Shown here piece after piece: positions 37,864 through 46,388 of a stretch of 64,000 nt of DNA (position 1 is its first letter; each line of letters opens with the position of its first letter). The notes under the pieces were generated by a model. That model did no database searches. It saw nothing but the letters and a program-made list of their open reading frames with translations, and was not told the DNA's origin. The position numbers and the translations under genes were made by a program. This DNA is from Escherichia phage OliverMaurmann_Bas86. The stretch is taken from the sequence record PQ850622.1; one strand, written 5' to 3'.

Positions 37864-39708
37864 TTAGTGAGTGTGATTCCAGTTTAACCCAATCTTACAA
37901 TCAGATGCAAGAGGACATTCCATTTTGAGGTATTCACCTGCTTTACGAACACACTCTTCAGTGAGGGTACGAAGTTTGTTAACATCGTCACGATGTACAG
38001 TGAACTGGCCTTCATCATGCATGTCAATAACCTTCGCACAACGAACACCATCACGCTCAATCCATTTATTAAGGAATAGCATTGCATACTTCATAACAAT
38101 CGCCCCAGCGCTCTGTAAGAGAGTGTTTAAGGCTTTATGAACCATAACCTTTCCAGTTGCATCTCTTCTCATTGTAATACGACGTCCATCCACACCGTAG
38201 ATGTATCCACTTTGTGCTTTCTCTGTCATACGTTCAATAAGAATTGCAATACAAGGATTCTCTGCTAAGAATCTTGCCCTCATGACAGCCCCTTCATCAG
38301 AGCCACCACCTACGATGCTTCCTAACTTAGCGTCACCAGCTCCGTAGTTGAATGCATAGATAAACGTTTTAGCATTATCACGAGTAGGAAGGCCAGCAAG
38401 TTTTTGGTTATGTGAGTGAATATCTCCTTCTAAAAGAATATCTCTGTACATAACAGCAGAAGCTAGACCGCGTTCAGCTTCTCGTTTCTTAGCTGGGTTG
38501 TTTTCCTGCTCTGCTTCAGCGAGCATCTCACGACATTCTTTGATAAGGTAATGAGCAAGCATCCTCAGCTCAAGACCAGAGCCATCGTAACCTAAGAAGA
38601 TTTCACGACCAGCAGGTACATAAAATTTATAAGCACCTATTGGTTTGTCTTTCTTGCCCGGTTTTCCCATTTCGTAGATAATGTTAGTACCCTTTCGTAC
38701 GTAACACCCATCAGGGATATGGTTGGTAATGATGAAAGGATGGTTATGACTATCGTCTGAGGAATAGTCAGATTGAAAAAGACTGCGGCACTCGTGACCA
38801 AACAAACCGCGAGAAGGAATATTAACAACAATGCGATGTTTAAAACGAAATGTCGGAGTAGCGCAGCTATTAGCTTCGGCGGACAACTTACCATCTTTAC
38901 GTTCCTTGTCGATAAGCCCGCTAATCAAACCTAGCCTGTGAGCCGCTACAACGCGTCTCTTAAGCAAACTTCCTACACCCCCTAGCTCACCCCCAAGCCC
39001 CTCTTCAAGAGTCTCCTCAAGGTTTGTAGGGGCTGTAGGCCACTTGTTTGATGTAGCCAAAGCTTTTTTGATTTCATCAAAGGTTACAGGCTTCTTCCTA
39101 TTAGGGTTGAGACCTAAACCGCTGACATAGGCTTTCATATAATTGACAGTGTGATAACGGAAGTGCTTATCCAAAAACCTTCGGATATCAGCATCTATCA
39201 TCTCTGCTGTCTGTTTCTCTTTAGCGTTACCTCGAATCCAAGCAGAATACCATGCAGAGTATGTACCATACTTCTTCATAGCTTTACGAATTTCAAAAGT
39301 ATTCCAAGGTTTCTTAGAATAATTCCACTCTGGAGGTATAAAACCTTCATCCATCAAGGCTTCTTTGATACGTGCATCTTTTGATGGGTCAAAGTCTACA
39401 TACTCAACGCAAGTAAACGCCCCACCGATATCTTCTCTTTTAAGACCAACCCTATCACAATAGAGTTGAGGCCACTTCTGCAAAGCACCGGACTTCTTAA
39501 AAGGTTTAGAATAAGTTGAACCATCCACCCGCATTTTGGGGAGGAGAGGAATCAGTTCTTTATCAATATTGACAATAATCTCTTTGAGAAGATGAACAAA
39601 CCACCGAGCGTTTCTTCTGTTGAAGTTGACTCCATGCTTCGCCTGTTTTGAGATTATATCAGCGACTGTCATCTCCGTTATGAAAGGTAACTTATCAGGG
39701 TTATCCAT
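37864..39708 (-). CDS. DNA polymerase, family A
   Basis: Motif A DGSGLELRMLAH, motif B RDNAKTFIYAFNYGAG, motif C MHDEGQF; ATG 39708 with GGAG RBS preferred over the GTG 39711 of the ORF track. Confidence 0.9.
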   Translation of the reverse strand: MDNPDKLPFITEMTVADIISKQAKHGVNFNRRNARWFVHLLKEIIVNIDKELIPLLPKMRVDGSTYSKPFKKSGALQKWPQLYCDRVGLKREDIGGAFTCVEYVDFDPSKDARIKEALMDEGFIPPEWNYSKKPWNTFEIRKAMKKYGTYSAWYSAWIRGNAKEKQTAEMIDADIRRFLDKHFRYHTVNYMKAYVSGLGLNPNRKKPVTFDEIKKALATSNKWPTAPTNLEETLEEGLGGELGGVGSLLKRRVVAAHRLGLISGLIDKERKDGKLSAEANSCATPTFRFKHRIVVNIPSRGLFGHECRSLFQSDYSSDDSHNHPFIITNHIPDGCYVRKGTNIIYEMGKPGKKDKPIGAYKFYVPAGREIFLGYDGSGLELRMLAHYLIKECREMLAEAEQENNPAKKREAERGLASAVMYRDILLEGDIHSHNQKLAGLPTRDNAKTFIYAFNYGAGDAKLGSIVGGGSDEGAVMRARFLAENPCIAILIERMTEKAQSGYIYGVDGRRITMRRDATGKVMVHKALNTLLQSAGAIVMKYAMLFLNKWIERDGVRCAKVIDMHDEGQFTVHRDDVNKLRTLTEECVRKAGEYLKMECPLASDCKIGLNWNHTH

Positions 39709-39724
39709 CACCCACTCCTTATAG

Positions 39725-40078
39725 TTATTGGTATATTAAATCTGTGAATGCTTGGTTGTCTTCAACAATATCTAAAGCTTCATATGAATCAGCCAATTCA
39801 TCCACATAAAAGACTGCTGGAACATCTTCTGCTCGCTGTCTACGAGCTTCTCTCTGTTCATTACTATCCCTCTGAACCTGTGCTAGTTTCATCCCCCACA
39901 CCTGCTCATACAGCTCTGGATACTTATCGCTAACCACCACAAAGTTTCGAGCTGGTTGGTTTCGGTTAATCTTCGCTGTCAATTCGATAAACTGACGAAA
40001 CTCTTGAATAGAGAGGTTATCATGGATATTGTCCCACTTGAGAACGCAGTGTCGTTCTAGGCGTTGAGGTACTGGCAT
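39725..40078 (-). CDS. Hypothetical protein
   Basis: 117 aa ORF. Confidence 0.45.
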   Translation of the reverse strand: MPVPQRLERHCVLKWDNIHDNLSIQEFRQFIELTAKINRNQPARNFVVVSDKYPELYEQVWGMKLAQVQRDSNEQREARRQRAEDVPAVFYVDELADSYEALDIVEDNQAFTDLIYQ

Positions 40079-40081
40079 AAC

Positions 40082-40351
40082 TTACTCCACTGTCGGGAAA
40101 GGTTTCAAATTATTCATAGCTGTACGAACAATAGCACAGATTTCAGGGTCACGATAAGAGAGGAATTTTCCATCCTTGCCACGAATCATTACATTAGTTC
40201 GCGCTGTTTTGTTAGGTAATAAAGAGATCCCTCCAAGCAGGTGGTTGGTAGGATGTTGTCCTTGATTAACTTTGTAATCATGAGTGTGAGCCTCACCATT
40301 AAAGAGATGATCACGGATTTGAATTAAACTGATTTTCATATTATGCACCAA
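40082..40351 (-). CDS. Small protein, paralog pair member (shared TARTNV..RG..GKF.S.RD...NLKPFP)
   Basis: 89 aa; clear similarity to the adjacent 83-aa ORF. Confidence 0.5.
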   Translation of the reverse strand: MVHNMKISLIQIRDHLFNGEAHTHDYKVNQGQHPTNHLLGGISLLPNKTARTNVMIRGKDGKFLSYRDPEICAIVRTAMNNLKPFPTVE

Positions 40352-40592
40352 AGTTAGGGAAAGGTTTCAGGTTTTCAATGGACTTAGCGATACGCTTAGG
40401 GACACTCTTATCGCGGAAGGAGATGAATTTGCCATTAGCACCACGAAGGGCTACGTTAGTACGAGCTGTTGTTGGATTAAACTGAATCATCTCAACAGAG
40501 CCTGTAATGTTTTCTACAGGGAAAGTGTAGCTCTCAGTTGCATTCATAGAAGGAAGGAAATCAGTTACAGTGATATAAGTTACTTTAGACAT
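40341..40592 (-). CDS. Small protein, paralog pair member
   Basis: 83 aa; see 40082-40351. Confidence 0.5.
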   Translation of the reverse strand: MSKVTYITVTDFLPSMNATESYTFPVENITGSVEMIQFNPTTARTNVALRGANGKFISFRDKSVPKRIAKSIENLKPFPNFGA

Positions 40593-40612
40593 ATTTATTA
40601 CCTTAGATTATA

Positions 40613-40643
40613 TAAAAGAAAAGGCCACCCGAAATGGGTAGCC
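40613..40643 (-). terminator. Rho-independent terminator (8-bp stem + UUUUCUUUU on - strand)
   Basis: Read directly. Confidence 0.5.
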
Positions 40644-40648
40644 TTATA

Positions 40649-40963
40649 TTAACTAGAGCTTAAAGCTCCTTTGCGACCGCCTGCTGATTTTCCAGCACGA
40701 TCTCCACTTTTGCCGCCGTTCGAGCGATTTCGAGAGACTGATTCAACACGTAAGTTACTTGACGCATTAGAACCTCCCGACTTGATTGATCGTTTATGTC
40801 CAACGTCTTTACCTCGGACAGCAGCTTTTCCATCGCGCTTTTCAACGATGCGACGTGCACGGTGGCGCTGAGCATCTCCGCTCTTGCTACCAACACCTGT
40901 CTCCCCACGTTTGATTGCGGTACGTCTTTCTTGCTCATAATCTCTTTTCGCCTTATCCGTCAT
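40649..40963 (-). CDS. Highly basic Gly/Ser/Lys/Arg-rich small protein
   Basis: 104 aa; GAGGA RBS 9 nt upstream of ATG. A 92-aa helical ORF (40660-40938) overlaps on the same strand in another frame. Confidence 0.4.
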   Translation of the reverse strand: MTDKAKRDYEQERRTAIKRGETGVGSKSGDAQRHRARRIVEKRDGKAAVRGKDVGHKRSIKSGGSNASSNLRVESVSRNRSNGGKSGDRAGKSAGGRKGALSSS

Positions 40964-41333
40964 TGTTAGTTATCCTCTGATTGAAAGTGTGAATTGCGTG
41001 GCAGTTAGCGCAGAGGATTCTGCACTTCTTCATCTCTGCCTTCACTTGAGAAATTGATCTCGTGTGACCTTGAGATAGCTCAAAGGATTTTTCAGAGGGG
41101 TTAATATGGTCAAACTGGAGAGCAGAAGCGTGTTCTTTATAGCCACACAGAGAGCATCCGTAAAAGGTTTTAACTCTTCTGATGAATACTAATTGTCGAT
41201 TTCTTCTCTCTTCATTGTAAAGCCTACGCTTCTCCCTATTAGCTGGGTCCGCGTACCTGCACCTGTCTGAACAGTATTTTTGAAATACAAACCTCTTCTC
41301 AAATACTTCTTGACAAGTAGGACAAACATCCAT
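40953..41333 (-). CDS. HNH endonuclease (zinc-binding)
   Basis: 126 aa; CPTC...C..C, then FDHINPSEK...CANCHAIH; preceded ~45 nt upstream by TAATGTACT. Confidence 0.7.
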   Translation of the reverse strand: MDVCPTCQEVFEKRFVFQKYCSDRCRYADPANREKRRLYNEERRNRQLVFIRRVKTFYGCSLCGYKEHASALQFDHINPSEKSFELSQGHTRSISQVKAEMKKCRILCANCHAIHTFNQRITNNDG

Positions 41334-41408
41334 GTTACTAACTCCTCCTTAAAATCCTTATAGGTAAGTACATTACATAGCATCAAGCACAGCTATCATA
41401 TGCTACTT

Positions 41409-42146
41409 TCATGATTTTTCAGATTCCATTGCTTTAACAATAGCTTTACAGAAACCTGAACGAACAATATCGTCTGATTCACCATCTACTAGAGCGGCAA
41501 ATTCAAATAAATTGTGACGGTATATGAAATCAGTAGCCCAATCTAGACCACTCTCACCACGCATGTCGTGCTGATTAGTGTCCCCCATACAGAACATCTG
41601 AGAGGTTTCACCAAGACGTGTCATGATTGAATATGCTTCATCAGGAGTAGTATTCTGGAACTCATCAACAATTACAATAGAATCGTTGAATGAGCGACCA
41701 CGGAGATATTCCAGAGGTACGAACTCAATGTTACCGTTGCCAATTTGACACTCATAGAAGCCTTTACCATAACGCTGAGTGATAACATCAACAATAGGCA
41801 TTAAGTATGGTTCAAACTTCTCACGAAGCCCACCGGGAAGTAATCCAAGACTGTTACCCATACCAACAGCAGGTCGGCTTAGGATAATCTTCTCAATCTT
41901 CCCACTTTTCAGAGCATCAATAACAGTTGTTGTGATAACATAAGTCTTACCACAGCCAGCAGGAGCATCTGTGAATACAACCTGTTTGGTTTTAATTGCA
42001 TCAAGCAGCTCACTCTGGAATTGGTTCTGAGGTACTACCGGCTTAGCAAGAACTACTTCTTCAAATTCCCGCTTTCCTTTCTTGGTGACGAGAGCTTCAC
42101 GACGTAATTCTCTCCGTGATGCTTTCCGAGATTCTCTACGACTCAT
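41409..42146 (-). CDS. phoH: PhoH-like ATPase
   Basis: 245 aa; Walker A FTDAPAGCGKTYV; strong GGAGG RBS. Confidence 0.85.
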   Translation of the reverse strand: MSRRESRKASRRELRREALVTKKGKREFEEVVLAKPVVPQNQFQSELLDAIKTKQVVFTDAPAGCGKTYVITTTVIDALKSGKIEKIILSRPAVGMGNSLGLLPGGLREKFEPYLMPIVDVITQRYGKGFYECQIGNGNIEFVPLEYLRGRSFNDSIVIVDEFQNTTPDEAYSIMTRLGETSQMFCMGDTNQHDMRGESGLDWATDFIYRHNLFEFAALVDGESDDIVRSGFCKAIVKAMESEKS

Positions 42147-42324
42147 TTCCTACCTCCGTGTTCTTCATATAAGAAGCTACAGGATTTACACTCTGAGCAA
42201 TGGATACCTATAACCTTAATTTCGACAAACTTCTTATTCTTCCCTTTAGTCGGGGAGCCTTTGGCAAGCTCCCGTATTACTTTCGAGTCCAAATGGAGAA
42301 GAGTTGATTCACATTTAAAACATT

Positions 42325-42645
42325 TCAGATTGATTTGTCCTTATGTAAACGGTATACTTCAGTAGTCATACAAGCTATACGCTCGTCATGTGGGAGATGC
42401 ATACCAGTAGAGCCGTTCCATCCTTCGAACTCTGAATCAAAGAATCCAATAGGCTCGGGATACATCTCTTGCAAGGTGGTTAAGTCATCAGCCACTTGTT
42501 GCCACTTATCGTCAGACCAGATTGGGTCATCCAACCAATAATACAAATAGGAGTGGATAAGCATCTGTGTTCTGTGTCGTTTAATCACTTCAGCAGGACT
42601 GATTTCATTTCCGTTACCAGTCCTAAATGTACTATCGTTGATCAT
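42325..42645 (-). CDS. Small protein resembling the N-terminal Ia domain of NAD-dependent DNA ligase
   Basis: 106 aa; HSYLYYWLDDPIWSDDKWQQVADDLTTLQEMYPE parallels E. coli LigA [35 protein letters not shown] (from memory). Confidence 0.4.
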   Translation of the reverse strand: MINDSTFRTGNGNEISPAEVIKRHRTQMLIHSYLYYWLDDPIWSDDKWQQVADDLTTLQEMYPEPIGFFDSEFEGWNGSTGMHLPHDERIACMTTEVYRLHKDKSI

Positions 42646-42831
42646 TTAGATAACCTTGTGCTCGTAGATGCTGGGGTTGAAATAATGCAACCAGTTTATA
42701 TATTGTTTCTGTTCAAGGTAGTGTCTGCAATCATGACAAAAAGCATGACCCAAACCTGTTTCCTCGTTCAGCTTGAAGTTGATAAGAAGCTTCTGCTTTT
42801 GACAGAAGCTACATGTTTTGTATAAGTCCAC
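42646..42831 (-). CDS. Small zinc-ribbon protein
   Basis: 61 aa; CSFC ... CHDC. Confidence 0.4.
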   Translation of the reverse strand: MDLYKTCSFCQKQKLLINFKLNEETGLGHAFCHDCRHYLEQKQYINWLHYFNPSIYEHKVI

Positions 42832-42976
42832 AGTTTTACCTATTCATCTGAATTGTGACTACAACAATACTCACAAACTCCGCAGCAAGGACAAATCTCT
42901 ACTGTAGGGTCGTAAGCATCATCAACTGTCATACCGCACCGTGTACAGAAAACATCATCATCGTTTTCTTCCAAAA

Positions 42977-43624
42977 TTAACTCTCCAAAGTTTTCTTCAA
43001 AGCTGCCCATGAGATTGGATAGAGTTTAGCCATCTCTTCATCTAATGACTGAGCAAATAGTCGAACTTCATATTGAGCATGGGATGATAGTCGTTGACGA
43101 CACAATTCAAACCAGCCATACAAGCTACCAGTCCAGTACCAAGTAGTTACCATACCTTGAGGTAAAACAAATCTAGCTTGTTCAGGAGCTACGAACTTAA
43201 TCAATTCGTCATAACTAGCAAGAGATGCCTCGTACGCAGAGTTAAACAAAGCTAAAGCTTTTGCCTCTTCCTCCCCTTCAAGAAGTATTCCAGAACCAGA
43301 ATGTAGATCATCTGGACGGGAGAAGATTTCTTTAGGTATGAAAATATCCACTGCTCCATCTTTATATCTACGACTCATCTCGTTCCAAGAAAAACCAACT
43401 TGATGCTTCTGTAACTGTCGTGCAATTGCTATAGGAGCTTCGCATCTGAAGCTCGCTTGTGGGTGACGAAAAGGACTTACGTGTCGTTCCCGAGCTAGAA
43501 AATTTATTAGACGAGTGTCACTTTCTTTTAATTCTTCCCTTTCTACCCCCATAGTTACACGAGCAGCATTGACTACTGTAAGATCTGAACCGAAGTTATC
43601 AATTAATGAAGCTTTGATTGTCAT
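42977..43624 (-). CDS. thyX: Flavin-dependent thymidylate synthase (ThyX)-like protein, divergent signature
   Basis: 215 aa; collinear with ThyX but the RHR....S motif reads KHQVGFSWNEMSRRY. Confidence 0.7.
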   Translation of the reverse strand: MTIKASLIDNFGSDLTVVNAARVTMGVEREELKESDTRLINFLARERHVSPFRHPQASFRCEAPIAIARQLQKHQVGFSWNEMSRRYKDGAVDIFIPKEIFSRPDDLHSGSGILLEGEEEAKALALFNSAYEASLASYDELIKFVAPEQARFVLPQGMVTTWYWTGSLYGWFELCRQRLSSHAQYEVRLFAQSLDEEMAKLYPISWAALKKTLES

Positions 43625-44090
43625 TTATGTAAGTCTCCTTGACTTTATTATATTCCCTAGAGGCTTCTTCTATGGTTGAGAAGAGTCCTATGTGCTTAGA
43701 TTTAAATACCGCCCGGTAAGCAATAGAGCCACTTTTCCTTCTATGGACAGTCACTCCAATCACTCCGGTTGATAAATTATTACTCTGAGCTACTTTGTTT
43801 AGGCCATTTCCTGATCTAGTAGTCCCCCTAAGATTCTCTCTTTTGTTGTTTATCCTGTTGCGGTCTATGTGATCTACTTCTTCAGGAAGCAATCCAGTGT
43901 CCCACCAGTAAGCAAGTCGATGAGCGTAGTATCTAGCACCTTTATAAACGATTCTCAAATACCCATTGGTATTTACAGAACCAGCTATAGACCCTTTGTG
44001 TCCTTTTCCATAAGTTTTAACCCATCGGAAATCTCCAGTCAAAGGGTCGTAATCAAGAGCTTCTTTTATTGACGGGTCAATATCATTCAT
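43599..44090 (-). CDS. HNH homing endonuclease (HNH_3 + AP2-like)
   Basis: 163 aa; YDPLTGDFRW, GYLRIVYKGARYYAHRLAYWW...VDHIDRNRINN. Confidence 0.75.
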   Translation of the reverse strand: MNDIDPSIKEALDYDPLTGDFRWVKTYGKGHKGSIAGSVNTNGYLRIVYKGARYYAHRLAYWWDTGLLPEEVDHIDRNRINNKRENLRGTTRSGNGLNKVAQSNNLSTGVIGVTVHRRKSGSIAYRAVFKSKHIGLFSTIEEASREYNKVKETYINDNQSFIN

Positions 44091-44105
44091 CCGTGAATAC
44101 CCTTA

Positions 44106-44381
44106 TTATTTATTGCCTAGAGCTGTATCCAAAAATGCTTTCAGGTTTGCTTCAGTCTGCATACCGGAGAGGCTGTAGTGTGCACCACTGTTACGGTCAG
44201 GCACAACGAAAGCAGGGATACTTCGTACACCATACTTAACAGCTTGTTCACGACCATCACCTTCAAGGATGTTAATCTCTTCCACTTCTACATCAAACTC
44301 CTTAACAACCTTCTCAAAGGTAGGAGCCATTGCTTTACATGGAGCACATGAATTACTATAAAATTTAATTACTTTACTCAT
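44106..44381 (-). CDS. Thioredoxin/glutaredoxin-like protein (CAPC active site)
   Basis: Start refined to the internal ATG (MSKVIKFYSNSCAPCK) with AAGGA RBS; CxxC in thioredoxin-fold context. Confidence 0.65.
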   Translation of the reverse strand: MSKVIKFYSNSCAPCKAMAPTFEKVVKEFDVEVEEINILEGDGREQAVKYGVRSIPAFVVPDRNSGAHYSLSGMQTEANLKAFLDTALGNK

Positions 44382-44571
44382 TCTATTCCTTGTTAATAAA
44401 CAGATTGATATGGCGCTGAGTAGCAGGGACAACAATAAAAGATTTATACTGCCCTTTTGCTAAATCATGAGCAATCTTCTTTGTCTGACCAAGACCCATT
44501 ACACAGCCACTAACAATAATGGCATGTGCTTGTAATTCTTCAGGGAGGTTTAATTTCACTCTTTGGATTCC

Positions 44572-44757
44572 TTACAGCATAACAAGAACGATAATAAGAG
44601 GTAGTGTTATAGCAAAATGTACCAGAACAACACTACCTAGCTTGATAGCTTTAACATCCTCTTCTGCTGGGTTTTCTTTAATTGCTAAATTTCGAGCTTT
44701 ATAGATAATAGTACCAACTATTAACGACCACACGGCCCACACAACCAATGAAATCAT
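44572..44757 (-). CDS. Small two-TM membrane protein
   Basis: 61 aa; two hydrophobic segments separated by a charged loop. Confidence 0.45.
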   Translation of the reverse strand: MISLVVWAVWSLIVGTIIYKARNLAIKENPAEEDVKAIKLGSVVLVHFAITLPLIIVLVML

Positions 44758-44766
44758 ATCAAACCC

Positions 44767-44946
44767 TTATGCAGTCAGAAGGTGAAGCAGGAATGGGATA
44801 ACAACAGCTACGACAACCATGATGGTTGATGCTGTTTGAATCTCACCTTTCTTGTCAGGGGTTTCTTCAATAAGCTTACCAGAAGCCCAATAGATACCAC
44901 CGCCAATAAAGATAGCCCAAATACCCCATACGATTGCTGATAACAT
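44767..44946 (-). CDS. Small two-TM membrane protein (59 aa), paralog of 44572-44757; absent from ORF track
   Basis: MLSAIVWGIWAIFIGGGIYWASGK... parallels MISLVVWAVWSLIVGTIIYKARN... Confidence 0.4.
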   Translation of the reverse strand: MLSAIVWGIWAIFIGGGIYWASGKLIEETPDKKGEIQTASTIMVVVAVVIPFLLHLLTA

Positions 44947-45007
44947 ATATCTATATCCTTATAAATGAGTTCGCCCCACCTCGGGTTAGGAGACAGGGCG
45001 GAGGTTT

Positions 45008-45583
45008 TTAGTAAGACACATCACCACTTGAGTGGGACATGTTGCTCTTGACGAAGTAACAGAACTTGCCAAGACCTTCATTAATTTCTTGAAGCATACT
45101 CTGGTCCACTGGATAGGTGCACAAGTCTGAATCAAACTCATCCATCTTCTCAATGATACACATAAGAGTCATGCACATGTCGGAAAGCATACCGTCCATG
45201 TCGAGATCAGCGTTACCTTCTCGGAACCAAGCATGGCCTAAATAATTACTAGCAGTAGCATCCACTTTAACACAATGAAAGCGCATACGCTCTGCTATTC
45301 GGTCGCCTGCCTCACGAGCATAATCTTCTAGTTCATCGAACATACCATGAACACCTTGGAAACCAGCTCCAGAGACGTTCCAGTGGTAGTTCTTTGCTTT
45401 GATGTGTAGAAGTTCAAGGTTAGCTTGCACACCACACAAGATGTGTTCTAAGCTGTTACCGCTAATCAGTTTATTCATTCCCTCAAGACGAGAGATAGAA
45501 GAGTCAGTAGTAGAGAATGGGTTGCTAGAACCCACTCGTGTTAGTTCTGGTAAGTCGAAGACATTATTATGCATTAGGTGCAT
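45008..45583 (-). CDS. Dps/ferritin-like protein
   Basis: 191 aa; KNYHWNVSGAGFQGVHGMFDELEDYAREAGDRIAERM matches the Dps ferroxidase-region pattern. Confidence 0.5.
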   Translation of the reverse strand: MHLMHNNVFDLPELTRVGSSNPFSTTDSSISRLEGMNKLISGNSLEHILCGVQANLELLHIKAKNYHWNVSGAGFQGVHGMFDELEDYAREAGDRIAERMRFHCVKVDATASNYLGHAWFREGNADLDMDGMLSDMCMTLMCIIEKMDEFDSDLCTYPVDQSMLQEINEGLGKFCYFVKSNMSHSSGDVSY

Positions 45584-45914
45584 CCCCTTCTAAGTTAGTT
45601 GAATTAGCTACATTACGAGCAATGTTATCCATGACCTGCTGGGTAATAACAATGCAATTCTGTGGGTCTACAGACTTAGAACGCCCCATTTCAGGGTCAT
45701 AAACCTTAACACGCTTGGCTGTTGAGCCAGTAACTTGCAACACTTTGAGAAGATAACCTTGGTTTCCAATAGACCATGCAACAACATCACGATTCTTGAT
45801 ATAACGACCAAGCATATCACGATGATAGAACTGCTGCATAACTTTAGCTTTGCTAATCTCTTCAGATGGCGGGGCCACTTTACTCAAATCTAACATAACT
45901 CTCTCCTGTTTCAT
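45567..45914 (-). CDS. Hypothetical protein
   Basis: 115 aa ORF. Confidence 0.4.
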   Translation of the reverse strand: MKQERVMLDLSKVAPPSEEISKAKVMQQFYHRDMLGRYIKNRDVVAWSIGNQGYLLKVLQVTGSTAKRVKVYDPEMGRSKSVDPQNCIVITQQVMDNIARNVANSTNLEGDAPNA

Positions 45915-45966
45915 ACAATATTCTTATACTGTATATACATTTGAGAGTTATCATATCTACTACCAA

Positions 45967-46173
45967 CTAGTAGTGGACCTTGCTAGTCAAGGACCCAGCA
46001 CTGTTATTATCATTTTGAAACCAGCGATGAATCTCCACTTTTTCAGCGAGTCCTAAAGCTTTTGTAGCTTTCTTAGCAAGACGAGCTTCTTGTCGTGTGT
46101 CGAATAATTTAAGACAGTCACCACCGAGATCTTTGTTAGCCCATTTAACACGAACTGCCCATAATTTAACCAT
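45967..46173 (-). CDS. Small protein, paralog pair member (W.VRV.W...TRQEAR..KK...KVHY)
   Basis: 68 aa; similar to the adjacent 71-aa ORF. Confidence 0.45.
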   Translation of the reverse strand: MVKLWAVRVKWANKDLGGDCLKLFDTRQEARLAKKATKALGLAEKVEIHRWFQNDNNSAGSLTSKVHY

Positions 46174-46388
46174 TAGTAATGTACCTTTCCGCTGATATAG
46201 AAACGACCTGATTTAAAGTCCTGAGCTTTGTGGATAGTGATCTTGTCAATAGTACTTTCGCAGCTTAATAAGAACTTCTTATGAGCGCGAGCTTCTTGAC
46301 GAGTGTTTCTGATACCCATTGACTCTGTACCACTGCTCCAGTGAACGCGGACTACCCAACGTCTTTTCATTGTTCCAAACTCCATCAA
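46173..46388 (-). CDS. Small protein, paralog pair member
   Basis: 71 aa; see 45967-46173. Confidence 0.45.
   Translation of the reverse strand: MMEFGTMKRRWVVRVHWSSGTESMGIRNTRQEARAHKKFLLSCESTIDKITIHKAQDFKSGRFYISGKVHY

Noticed and set aside
42147-42324. Hairpin GGGAGC...GCTCCC between PhoH and the LigA-like gene as a terminator
   Set aside because: Not followed by a U-run on the transcribed (-) strand; could be a processing site but not a canonical intrinsic terminator.
44382-44435. N-terminal extension (MLSLLLSAISICLLTRNR) of the thioredoxin-like ORF
   Set aside because: No RBS for the upstream ATG, whereas the internal ATG at 44381 has AAGGA at proper spacing and starts the conserved fold.
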